DNA of 61,478 nt, counting the filler, from Choristocarpus tenellus KU-1152 (Eukaryota > Protista > Phaeophyceae), in assembly GCA_964200185.2 (NCBI GenBank). It is 13 parts of 13 records of this genome, joined end to end, with 100 filler letters (N's around TTAATTAATTAA, not from the genome) between each part and the next. Parts side by side here need not be neighbours in the genome. Positions count along the whole stretch, not along the records: positions 39,531 to 45,389 come from CAXNAD020009575.1; positions 45,490 to 49,079 come from CAXNAD020019082.1; positions 49,180 to 52,765 come from CAXNAD020019099.1; 10 more parts are not named here. The stretch is one strand, 5' to 3'. Each line of letters opens with the position of its first letter. Position 1 is the first letter of the stretch. The notes below the pieces were generated by a model. That model was not told where the DNA came from, made no database searches, and saw only the letters and a program-made list of their open reading frames with translations. This document shows, piece after piece, positions 39,431-50,926 of the stretch. Both the position numbers and the translations under genes were made by a program.

Positions 39431-40710
39431 NNNNNNNNNNNNNNNNNNNNNNNNNNNNNNNNNNNNNNNNNNNNTTAATTAATTAANNNNNNNNNNNNNN
39501 NNNNNNNNNNNNNNNNNNNNNNNNNNNNNNCTTAAAATAATCACTTATTCTGTAAGGTTAACCTATGTGTTACTAATATCGTATATAGTTTGCACTTGTC
39601 AGAACTCGAGAAACAATCTTCGCATTATATGTCTGTTACAAATGTTCGTATTTCCTAACACGAGGAGAAAATGCTCGCGCTATTCGTGTGTAACAAATGC
39701 TCAAACTTTGTTGAAATACAAGAAACGCTCACGCTATTCGCCTGTAACACTATTCCCATCCATATTCTACCCACTAAAATGTCTAGAACACCATCCACCT
39801 CCCCTCAACAGCCAAGAACGATACATCTGATATTGACATCCACAGCTTTTACATGGCTTTCCTACAGAATCACATAACATTTTATAGTAAGGCAATCCCG
39901 TCACAAAACAGAGATACATGTGGCCGATTTCATAACAGGGAATATGCCGTGCTAATGCCACGCCTGACATAAACAAGAACCGAACACAGAATATTCTAAC
40001 ATATTTTGAAGGTGCCCTGAAATTTGATCCCAAATTGAGAAATGGTTCAACTAAGCATGTCCATGCACGACCAAATATGAAGAGCTGAAAGCAAAAAATG
40101 TCATTTTTGATACACTCATAGAACGCTTCGAACACACTCCACGATACCCTATTACTTTCATAATGTATTGCAGCACAACACCAAACACATTATGCGTTGT
40201 GACCACAACGCTCCCGCATCTCTTGTTAAAAAAACACAGATACCATCCATGTAAAATTGATGCCTTCTGGAATTCGCTGTCTTTTAAATTGGAGCTTCCT
40301 GTCGTTTGCTATGTATTTCAAATTGGTACCTTCTAACATTCGCCCTTCGCATTTCGAAGCCTCAACAGCAAAAACTACCACTTGTTCATGCCACAAAAGA
40401 CTGGCCTCCTTTGAACGAGATAAGTCTTGGTACTTCCACACACACATGAACTTCATACGCCCGATTGGATTCGAATCGGCGATCACATTCTCTATCATAA
40501 CTATTGCTGGAGTACTTCCTGCTATGGCTTCGATCAACACACTTGCTTCCTTCACTAATTAACTGTACCCATTCCTCAATACGTCTCGTTGGCTTTTGTT
40601 GCAACCATTGCTCGACCCCCTGTAGTAAGGCAGAGCAGGAGCCGAAACAGCCAATAAAATAAACCCACCAGGAAGAAGACGCCTGGTCTGTGACGTTCAT
40701 TCTTCTGCTC

Positions 40711-41397
40711 TCCAAATTCGTAACCTCCCATGCCTCCTTCAGCAGTTCCATTATCTTGGCAACCCTCATGACGAATGCAGCCTTGCCATCTTTGAAGTCG
40801 ATATCCTCTAGATTGTATTGGTTGCACTGCTTCAACAGCAACCTCCTGCGCTTGAAACGTTCGCTCTTGTACCTAGACTCTGGCAGGTAGGGGTGGGAAG
40901 GTCGTAAGTAACATCGCTGCTATATTCTATCATCGCTCTCACCCAGGAAACCATCCTCTTAAAGATGTCCAGTATCTTCAAGTCGTGTGGTTTTCTGGTC
41001 ACAACACCCTCTTCGATGGAGGTTGTTTCTGCCTTATTTCCAAAATGCACCAGAGAGTAGGCGGAATAAATCTCAAGTGGAGAGGGCATTGTGACCAGAA
41101 ATCATACATATTGAATGTACTGGGCATGTTCAAGAGGATGGTTTCGTCGGTGCGAGCAATGACAGAGTATAGGAAAGATTTTACTCGTGACTGGCCCACC
41201 CCTACCTGCCAGAGTCCAAGGACAAAAGAGGGAACGTTTCAGGCGGAGGTTGCTGATAAAGCAGTGCAACCAGTACAATCTAGAGGATATCGACTTTGAA
41301 GATAGCAAGACTGCATTTCAGATGGTTGTCATGAGGAGGGTTGCCACCCAGATAATGGCATTCCTGAAGGAGGCTTGAGAGGATACAAATTTGAAGG
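40711..41397. repeat. Diverged inverted duplication of a coding-like segment (arms ~40711-41003 and ~41089-41397)
   Basis: Both arms, read outward, encode FKRMVS.VRAM.EY...PTPTCQS...RRRLL.KQCNQYNLEDIDF.D.K.AF. Confidence 0.85.
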
Positions 41398-43755
41398 TAA
41401 AATTTAGCTCACTCTCCTTCAGGGAAGTGTTCTTTGCGATCATTCCAACTCATTGTGTTTTTGTTATCCACGATGGACGAAAACAACTTTGGGGTGGAAT
41501 ACTCAAACCTCACTCCTGTGACCTGAAATGGGTGAGTTCGAGGAAATATTCCTCGGCATACGGAGAGAGCACAAGAACGACGGTTCCAGTGTAAGTGTAT
41601 TACCGCCTTGCCTATACTTGGCATTACATATCTTTAATTGAGGCAGTCCAACAATACCACACTAACACCATACGCAGTCATCTTGATTTTAGACATCCAG
41701 TTCATACCTTTACACCAAACCATATATTTTGTGATCAGAAATGTTACAAAGATCTTAGATCGTATGGACTCCTGACTCTTGAGAGTCCCGAAGGGGAATT
41801 AAGAGGAGTTGGTTAGTGTTCTGAGCGTGAATAAAAGTGAGAAGTGAACACCAATTGGTGAATTGATAGTCATTTTCCAACCTGGTACTGCATCAGCTCT
41901 TGATGGAAGGTTTAATGAATGAGAGGTTGTCAGTGCTGTATCACTTACATTATACAACTTACTCAAATACTCAGTGGTGTAATCACTCGACTGCTACCTA
42001 ATGAACCTAATATTAGTGACGTCACCACGTAACTATTGGTTCTTTATTAATGCTTATTCATTAATAGTTTTACCTAATGACCATTCATTCAGCTATCATC
42101 AATCATTGGATTCTTCAGTCAAGGATAATTTCTTAAGTGCTCAGTCCTGTGATCTACCTCTTCAATTGTCAGGCATAGGACATCACTTTTAGCACTGAAA
42201 ACATTCATCAACACCTGTCTATGTTTTTCAAAAGCAGGTTTGGGCGAGTGCTTAGGTAGGCTGCCAGCGAATTGATCGTAGGTCAACACATGGATTGAGA
42301 CAATTATAAAATATGGCAATCATGTTTTGTAGATACTGTAATGACACTGTGATCTGTTGGTAACGTTTTATGCCAGCTTTGTCTAGCTTGATACTATTTT
42401 GAGTATTTTGATCTATTGGGTGACTATCTCCAGGTGTTTCCGTAATATTACATGCAGTCATGCCTTATCTATATATGATTGTTTTGTCATAATTTACCCA
42501 AGGCAATGAAATTTTGCCAGTAGTATCATATTAGTTGTATGCCCAATATTTTGCCAGTAGTATTCCCGAAGATGAACGAATCAACATACAATGAGAGTAT
42601 CACTATCGTTTTCGTTTCTGAAAATACATACATTTGGATCGTTCACTAGATATTTTAAACCATAATGCACAAGCGAGTCCGCGAATGGTATGTTCCAACT
42701 TCCGGAAGACTACTTTGAACACCAAAGGCTGTTCTTTAGCTTGCAAACAGTTATCTCAGCACATAAATAAAATCTTTAAACGAAAACCGATGTTTGGTTT
42801 ACATAATTCGCTACTCCTTGCTATAGGGGGTCTTGCAAGAATCCTCTGTTCCATGTCCTCATGTGACGCTTCCCAATTTCTGTTTGTGAAAATGAGAAGT
42901 AACCTCATGCTCTCAATTCTACAGAATGGACTGTAAGTTACTGGATAGTTCCAGGCACTTGATTGTATCTCTTAGCCACCCACCTAGCCTTGTAACTGCC
43001 ATCGACTTTCTCTCTAATAATCCATTTAGATATAATATTTTGATTTTGGGGGAGCCTGGACTAAATCGAAAACATTGTGTTGTTTTGTAGTACTCGTCTC
43101 TTTCTGCATTGCTATTAACTATGCTTTTTCTGTAAAGAGATAAACTTGGCATTGTGAGTGGAAGGGTAATCAGAGACACCAGAATTTATCTGTTCGTTCC
43201 CTATATCATTAGATCTGTAGATAAAAGATTGGCCAGCATTAGATCTCGTGTTCAGGGAATGACGCACCTGCTTCTGATTTACGATTCCAAAGGTTGGACT
43301 ATTCGCAGTAACAGCCCATTCTGACCCTGGCCCTGGCGTTTATTATAGTTGATCAACCTTGTACGTATTCTAGGTTTGACAGCACTATTTTTAGCATTTG
43401 CACTGTCGTTTATATGGCCAACAATTGAGTCATATTCTTCTGCACTAGAAAATAGGTCCTTTGAGAGATATCATTTTAGCTGGTTGCACTTTCTCTTCTC
43501 ATAATATTACCTCAGTATATGGTTTTCTCAATAAGTCAAACGAGAATCTGGGATGGTCACCTCAACTTTTCCAACATGCCCTGATGTGAAGGCTTCTCGA
43601 CTCAAGTCAAATAAAGTTAATGCCGCTTTTTTATCCTCTTTGAATGCCACACTTCTGGATGATAATGCCGTGCCAGTATTTGGCCTCGATATACGTTAAG
43701 AGATTGAACTTCCTCTCCATGAAATTGGACCAGCAAGATCAACATCAACAAATTC

Positions 43756-44111
43756 TGTTGAAATATTACGCACTGGACCCATGGTTGTGTGTCTTGATAG
43801 AGGACAGTAAATGGCCAGGTGTACATAAACAATATGAATGTTACAAGAGGCTTATCGAGTCGATTTCACAGACTGAATTTGTGGTGTTAAAGAGGCGCAG
43901 ACTACAACTGCAATTCCTACAGTGTGGGGTTTGCAATCGTCAACATTAACTTACTATGAATCATTTATTTACTTATGTTAAATAGAACAAGTGTATCTTG
44001 AACACAAAAACCAATGGACAGCAGTGAGTAGATATATATCGCTGACTCTCCAACCTATTATCTACTTCTCTGGTGGGGCCTATAGTGTATTAGCAGCACA
44101 ATCCACGAACA
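43756..44111. mobile_element. Solo LTR (family 2) inserted in the copia integrase region
   Basis: TGTTG...GAACA termini; flanks AATTC/ATTTC (5-bp TSD, one mismatch); homologous to 38354-38727. Confidence 0.78.
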
Positions 44112-44716
44112 ATTTCCAGTAATTTGATGAGCTCGTCTGTAATGATGGATTTATTTCGTGCCGATCTCTTTTTATCTTGCACATTTACAATCAAGAGAGA
44201 AGATTTTCTTGTTAAAAAGAACACCAGATTCTCGATTTTTCAGTAATAGTTTCATATATCAACAAGATTGAGGTGACAGTCTATTGTGTACCATAACGTG
44301 ATTAAATCACCTTGGAAATCACCAGCACATCTAAGTGCTATCGTTGCAAGCACTCTTCCCTCTCCTGTTATCTTGCGTAGCTTTAGTTAGATTGAGCTCA
44401 CAGTATGATCTTCCCCACATCAGGATGAAACATAAATCGTGTTTGGGAGGAAACAGTCTCCCATCCCAGACTTCCGGATACAATTGGGGAGAAATGTTTC
44501 TGGCATAATACTCTAAACTTCAATGCAAATACCAATCGTACGAACTTATTTGACCAGTCATTGTGACAGATTTCTTGCCAACTTGAAATTCCCTACAGTA
44601 GTGATTTGTAGGGGTTTTCTAGTGCTTCTACCTCCTTCAAAAAGTATGTAAATTTTGAAGTGGGATCCAATCATACGAACTTATTTGACCAGTCATCGTG
44701 GCATATTTTGTGCAAA

Positions 44717-45161
44717 GAGCCAAAATATCTTGGAGGGTATAGAACCGCGTCCATTTGCGCGCCAAAATCAAGACCCAAAGTATCTGGGAGGGGGGGGAGG
44801 GTCTACAGCATGGTGTCCATTTGGGTAAAAATCAAGAAAAGTGCATTTGCAGTAACCATCCGACGTATAAAATCAAATCGCCCAAAAATCGCGACATGAA
44901 AAAATTGACCTCAAATGGACAGCAACCACCCCCTCACAGATACTTTGAGCCTCAAATGTTGATACTTTGGTGTAATTTTGGCTGTCGTGTTTGTTAGAAG
45001 GTGTCAATATCGTTGTTCCGGACACATGTTTTCCTAATGTATACACATTACCCACTCCAAACCATATCAGATTAGGTAAAATGTCATTAAAAACCCGTGG
45101 GAAGTCAAGCCCCAAATGCACAAACAGGGCAAAACTTGTACCCTCTAAGATACTTTCACTC
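44717..45161 (+). mobile_element. MITE family B, TSD AAA, carrying a nested A copy
   Basis: AAA|GAGCCAAAATATCTT...TAAGATACTTTCACTC|AAA. Confidence 0.92.
44772..44951 (+). mobile_element. MITE family A nested inside a family B copy
   Basis: TCAA|GACCCAAAGTATCT...AGATACTTTGAGCC|TCAA; removing it restores the B consensus. Confidence 0.92.
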
Positions 45162-45310
45162 AAACATGAATTTCCCTGCCGTAGTTTCTGCCGGGGTTTT
45201 TCAAGCGCTTGTACATCCTTGAAAAAGTATGTTAATCTTCGAAAGTGGTATGTGTACCTTGTGTTCAGTGGTACCATTTTCTGCCAAAAGATAAATCTTT
45301 CCATTAATTA

Positions 45311-45389
45311 GAGCCAAAGTATCTTAGAGGGTAGAGCCGGGTCCATTTGTAGGCCAAAATCCGATGTTGCAATTTTGATGTAATTTTGG
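45311..45389 (+). mobile_element. MITE family B, partial (contig end)
   Basis: GAGCCAAAGTATCTTAGAGGGTAGAGCC. Confidence 0.88.
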
Positions 45390-45489
45390 NNNNNNNNNNN
45401 NNNNNNNNNNNNNNNNNNNNNNNNNNNNNNNNNTTAATTAATTAANNNNNNNNNNNNNNNNNNNNNNNNNNNNNNNNNNNNNNNNNNNN

Positions 45490-48400
45490 TGTTCTTCACT
45501 CCTATCAATCCTGGAGGAGGTATGTATTGTGGGTTGTAGCTCAACAATCACACGACTGAATAGATGCTGCTTGCGCACGCACCACTTGATTTACCGTCAT
45601 GGCGAGTGGATCAGCCGCAGGTTAGATACTTGAGGACGAGTACATCCTTACACGATTTGCCTACAGATACCGCAGGCCTGGTGAACAGTCGATTAACTGA
45701 TAATGCGCTGTGAGCCAAAGTATCTTAGAGGGTAGAGCCGCGTCCATTTGGGTTCCAAAATCCAATGTTGCGATTTTGACATAATTTTGGCTATCGTGTT
45801 TGTTAGGAAGTGTCCATATCCTTGTTCCGGACAGACCTTTTCATAACATACACATTTTATCTACTCCAAAACATTTTGGAGTAGGTAAAATGTCATAAAT
45901 AAACTGGTGGGAAGACAAGCCCCAAAATGGACAAACAGGGAAAAACTCATACCCTCTAAGATACTTTCACTCTGTGCTTCCCTGCCCTCGTACGCCTCAG
46001 CTTCGGAAGGGTGACAGGAACGTAAGAGCTAATCAAGGAGGAGGAAAACCCACAGACATGTATATCAGCCAGTTGGGTGTATGTGCTCTACATCGCATAA
46101 ACTAATTACATTACCCCTCTTTTTAGCTCCAAATAAACAATGCGTAAGTAAACAGAGTACTTTTTGCCAACTAACGACGGACATCATTGTTCGCGCAGGT
46201 TGTAACCTTGTCTGCGCAGACACCCATCTTGCCCTCAGAAGGCTTATCAACAAGTACCACAACAGCCTCGATCATGCAGGGAGTTGCATCATCCAGCACG
46301 CGCATTGGCAGGTAAGAAGGCTTCATCTTGACACGACCTACTCAACACATACTCGCTGAATACCAGTCACCAAGTAACTAACTGCACGGTCTTTAGTTTT
46401 GGTTTGTGTATTGCAACCTGCATGTATTATGACGGCGATGTAGAGATTGCGCTCTAGTAATACTGGAAACATGCCCTGTTTCTCCACGAAGCGTGGTGAA
46501 ATGGGCTGACATATCGGCCTCACACCTATCCCTCCCTCGCTCCCAACTCCCCAAACTGGCCAGGTCCACAACTGTGTCTCATAGAACAAGAACAATTTCT
46601 TTCTCGGATATGCGGGGCTGTTGGTCGCGGCGAGTGTCATTCGTGTGGTCGAGATACATTTTATGATGGTAGGGCACACACACATCAAAATCGATCAGAT
46701 CTTCTCCAGGTAATTAGGCAAGATATGCAAGTTCGATAGCCACATAGTGTTTTTACACAGACAGATACTGCCTTGAGGCTTGCAGTTCACGCTTGCTGCG
46801 TCCATGGAAGATTTATGGCCATACACTGCAATTGATTGATTGACTTTTGATTTCCCCACAACAAAATTGCACGATAAGAGCAGCTGCCAAAACTGTTTCG
46901 TAACATACTCTCGAAACAAAACAATGAAAAAATGTATGCTTCACCCCTTCTTATATTTATACTTCCATATACATGCTTCAGAGCATGTGCCTGCATATAT
47001 ATCTTGCTTCTCCACTTCGATTCTTTCGCCCCCGCCTCAAATTCACTTGCGTGCATTTCACCTTCAGGTTTTCACGTGGTATCAAAGGGAAGAACATTTT
47101 CACAAGAACACAGCTGAGTGAAGAGCTGCAGGCCTCTTACACGGAGGTTCCAGTCTACTACAAGACCCTGCGGAACGAGGGCAACTTCAAGGGACTCCTT
47201 CGCGGTGGTGTCAACCGTGTTCCCAACATCACGAGCTACAGGGCTTTTCGCGTTGAAAAAGGCGGTAATGGGCGGGTTAAGGTTAGCGTGAAGCGATACA
47301 TGCACAGCACCCCATGGAGTGGGATAGGCGGAGATGTTGCTATCGACCCCAACGCCCCTCTGCACGACCTCTTTATCGGCCACCCGCCTCGTCTCCAAGA
47401 TGCACCACCCTCAAGAGCGTTCCCGAAGACATCATTCTGAAGGTGGAGCAGCGGTACAAGGCGTTGCACGAGCGCCTCACTGCTGCGTACCCACTGGGTA
47501 AGTCGATGTTTTCGTGAGGGGAGTTGATGGTCAATTTTTGTATTCTGTGGCAGTCAAAAAACTCTGGTGCAACTTCTGTACGAGGCAGCCTTTACAGCCT
47601 TTACAAAAACAATCTTGAAAAACATTCCATTCTCATGTGCAATGATCGTCGCATGTCACAAAAAAAAATTACTATAGATTACCCCCGATAAATGTTTTGA
47701 GGGTACCGATCTTGTACTCAATAGCAACGAATCCGACGAAATCTACACCCTCCCTCTCACTGCATGCTCCCCGAGCGCATTTGTGCAACCTCACACCTGG
47801 TAACAAAGTAACATTCATGCTTCCATACCATTGATGTTCTCGTACTCATGGATTCCACCTTTGCAGATGATGAAGCCATTCAGAGAGCGAAACACGAGCA
47901 AAGCAAGTCTGTGCGGCTGGCTTCTCAAAAAGGCAGGGGAATGAGAGTTCGATCTCCCAGTCCATTGGCTTCCCACCAATGACAATGGCGCTGGAACTGG
48001 TACCGGCAACATCGAAGACAACGACCAGGGCGAACGTTCGGGTGGAGGAGGTAACCTCGTCAGCAGTGACAATGATCTTGGTGGGCTCGAGGAAACAGGC
48101 TCTTCCCCATCGGACAGTGACACGGAAGAAGCTGGCTTCCCTCGACGGGGTTGGCCTCGTGCTACCTTGACATCAGCGAACGATGGAAACCTCGGCTCCG
48201 TGCAGGAAGGCAGGCTTGCCTTTTTTGTGGCAACGGAGGCACCGCTCCTGGTCGACAAGATCCTAGCGGAGCGCGTCGGCGAGAACGGGGAGCGTGGGGT
48301 GGATCTTCACTGGCTTCGGCCGACCAGTGACCGCACATGTGACAACGCCGCGTTTATGACCCTTGATAAGTACAGGAAACGTTGTTTTGTCGAAGGCTAC

Positions 48401-48691
48401 ATACACACTGGAGATAGATCCGTGCGAACTGGGAAACATAAGCGGGTTAAAGACCTTAGCTGGGAACCCGTGGCGAGTATTGTTTCGACTTGTGAGAAAC
48501 TTGTCAGGAACGGCAAAAAGACTCCTACCAAGGTCCTGACAGTTCTACGGTCTGCTATCGAGGCAACGGAAAGGGGGGGTTTTGTGGGAGATGGACGGAA
48601 GAATCAATTCAAGGGACGAGGAGAGGCGAGGGAGGGGGAGAATGGGGACGAAAGGGAGGACAACGACAACACCGACGACGACAAGAAGTAG
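45490..48691 (+). pseudogene. Intron-rich Sola-like (DUF7869-type) DDD transposase pseudogene. Exons 45490-45519, 46199-46311, 46564-46709, 47068-47497, ~47867-48691
   Basis: Spliced product: FFTPINPGGG|CNLVC...HWQ|VHNCVS*NKNNFFLGYAGLLVAASVIRVVEIHFMMVGHTHIKIDQIFSR|FSRGIKG...SYRAFRVEK..GRVKVSVK..W. This matches QxDNCxxENKN and FxxVGHTHxxIDQxFS. The catalytic-motif D is read as H, there is a TAG at 46582-46584 and a frameshift near 47410. Confidence 0.82.
45712..45972 (+). mobile_element. MITE family B, TSD TGT, inside an intron of the Sola-like transposase
   Basis: TGT|GAGCCAAAGTATCTTAGAGGGTA...TACCCTCTAAGATACTTTCACTC|TGT. Confidence 0.93.
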
Positions 48692-48699
48692 GACGAGGA

Positions 48700-49079
48700 G
48701 GAAGATGAAGAGGAGGAGGAGCACGAGGAGCAGCAGAAGGAAGACGAGGACGACGAGGACGATGAAGATAAGGAGAACATCGGTACGGGGGAGGGGAGGT
48801 GGGCGTCTGCCGGTGCAGGCACATGTACGGGGTTGCCCTTGCAGCCGTTCGTCTAAGGACGTATCCTTGAAGCGGATACAGGACGGAGCAGTACGGTGGC
48901 ACAGAAGAGACCTTTGGCTCCTACGCAAACACTGGAGCCAAAAGGAAGATGAAGAGGAGGAGGAGCACGAGGAGCAGCAGAAGGAAGACGAGGACGATGA
49001 GGACGATGAAGATAAGGAGAACATCAGTACGAGGGAGGGGAGGTGGGCATCTGCCGGTGCAGGCGCATGTACGGGGTTG
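48700..49079 (+). repeat. ~135-bp direct repeat encoding an acidic E/D tract (48700-48834 and 48943-49079)
   Basis: GGAAGATGAAGAGGAGGAGGAGCACGAGGAGCAGCAGAAGG...GCCGGTGCAGGC.CATGTACGGGGTTG occurs twice. Confidence 0.9.
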
Positions 49080-49263
49080 NNNNNNNNNNNNNNNNNNNNN
49101 NNNNNNNNNNNNNNNNNNNNNNNTTAATTAATTAANNNNNNNNNNNNNNNNNNNNNNNNNNNNNNNNNNNNNNNNNNNNCTGCAAAGAAATACATATATT
49201 TCAAAAAAAAAAATACAAAAAAAAAAAAAAAAAGATCTCGCCCGCCCCTTACTCCTCCCCCCC

Positions 49264-49294
<31 letters not shown>

Positions 49295-49327
49295 ACTGTA
49301 CAATGATGCTGACGTTTTCATACCTAG

Positions 49328-50926
49328 GTGGGTCCCTTCTCACCTCGGCCGTTCCTGCTTGGGCTTTGTGAGGAAGGTTTGCTAGAGACCCTACGAAGCG
49401 TACTCACTACCCTTCATGATCGCCTTGCGTCGGAGGATCTGCAAAGTGTTCTGCCCCCTGGATGGATTGAAGCTATAGCTAGGTCCGATTTTGATCCCCT
49501 CTCTGCCCAGAGCAATGGAAAGAATATTCTTGACAAACCCCCTGTACCAGTTCGTGCCTCCAGGTCGTTAGCCGACCTTGTCCTGATGAGAGCTGTGATT
49601 GGACAGGGAGATGATCTCTGTGGCAAGGATGCTGCAGATCGACCTTGCCTGGAGGAGGGGGGAGGGTCTTCTCAAAGGGTGGGATTAGGGGCCGGGAATG
49701 CTTGCATGGGAGAGGGTGCTGTTGGGCAGAGGGATGAGGCAGTGGGTGGGACATTCGAGGGGGTGGGAGATGGATGTTTAACAAGAGAGGGCGATAGGGA
49801 GGCCGTGGTGGTAGAGCCTCTGCTTTCCTTTTCTGTTCGCGTTGTTCAAGCCAGGCTTGAGGTAGTTCTAGATGAGCTTACAGCTTTCGAGGCTGAAGGA
49901 CCAGGTCAGTGGAGGTCAAGGGTGCTGATATGGATGGGATTATTGTGGGTTTATGGTTGTGGCACCTGGTGAGAGATGTAAACTCTGGAGGCAGTGGGTG
50001 TCATTCTTTTGGGGTGCCGTGTCGTGATGGTTGTAGATTGTGACTTGACTTGATGGTTGTAGATTGTGTTTTTTGTGTTTCATGTGTCTTATGTGTCTTA
50101 CGTGTCTTGCGTGTCTTATGTGTCTTATGATTTGAAGTTTGTGTTGGTGTGTTAAAATGTTAAAATATTTGTGAAAAGGACTCTGGCAATGAGTAAATAG
50201 ACTCTCGCTCCTCCCCAGTTGGTTGATGGAAACACCCATGTGGCACAACTGAAATCCTTTATGATATTACGATATAAACACCCATGCGATGCCTGATGCC
50301 TCAATCCGTTGTTGCTAACGCCTTCCAGTTTTGTGCTTCGTGGCAATTTCCACCCTTCTTGCCCCCGCCCCTCCCTCCCCCCCTCTCTCTCCACGCTTGA
50401 AACATTATATGTTGGAAACGTTGACAAACAGCAACCCATACGTACACATACTACCTGTGTCTGCCCTTGTGGATCAGGTGCAGATCTTGGATCATACCCT
50501 TCCCTTCGACAGACTCTTAGGGGTTTGCTGGAGGCTGGCAGGGGTTCCCAGCGGGAAATTCTGATGGGTTAGGCGATGATATATGCGATGGTATGCTGGG
50601 TTGGCATGTCACAGAGGGGTTCCTTCCAAGCTTTGAACGACACAGAGAATCCCCTGGAGGAGTGGTCGAGAAATTTGCAATGTTGGTGGGGTCATGGGTC
50701 TCTGTTACTCCTCAGTTGCTAGTTCTTTTTGTACTGTGTTGTTTTAACATCTCACCGCGTTGTTTGCTGCAGGGTTGTTGCTTGTCTGCTGTGGTGGGTG
50801 TAAATATTTTTTCATGGCTTGTTGGGTGATTTTTGATGTTTATGAGAGGGAGTGGTGACACGTTGATGAGGGAGCATTCCTTGTTTGTGATTTTCCGTTT
50901 TTTCATGCATAGCCGGAGTTAGATAG
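49328..50926 (+). CDS. 3' end of a spliced gene, possibly a SET-domain/Rubisco-LSMT-like C-terminal helical domain. Exons 49328-49904, 50478-50567, 50913-50926
   Basis: Phase-1 GT-AG joins give ...VVQARLEVVLDELTAFEAEGP|GADLGSYPSLRQTLRGLLEAGRGSQREILM|AGVR*. The exon structure is good; the family guess rests only on the RxxQxxIL ending and is weak. Confidence 0.55.

Larger units (their letters stand above)
41800..45300 (-). mobile_element. Heavily degenerate Ty1/copia gag-pol, interrupted by a solo LTR and nested MITEs
   Basis: Minus-strand remnants in copia order: duplicated zinc-knuckle-like repeat (44533-44710), LWHxRLGHLN-like (~44300), VDLAGP integrase (~43740), AMQKE..HNVFDLV, KVDGSYKARWVA, YSPFCRIESMRLLL, VCKLKNSL (43110-42700), RYQQITVSLQYL (~42350). 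Boundaries are approximate. Confidence 0.75.

Noticed and set aside
48545-49024. Ser-rich and Arg-rich ORFs
   Set aside because: Alternative-frame and antisense readings of the GAG/GAC acidic repeat.
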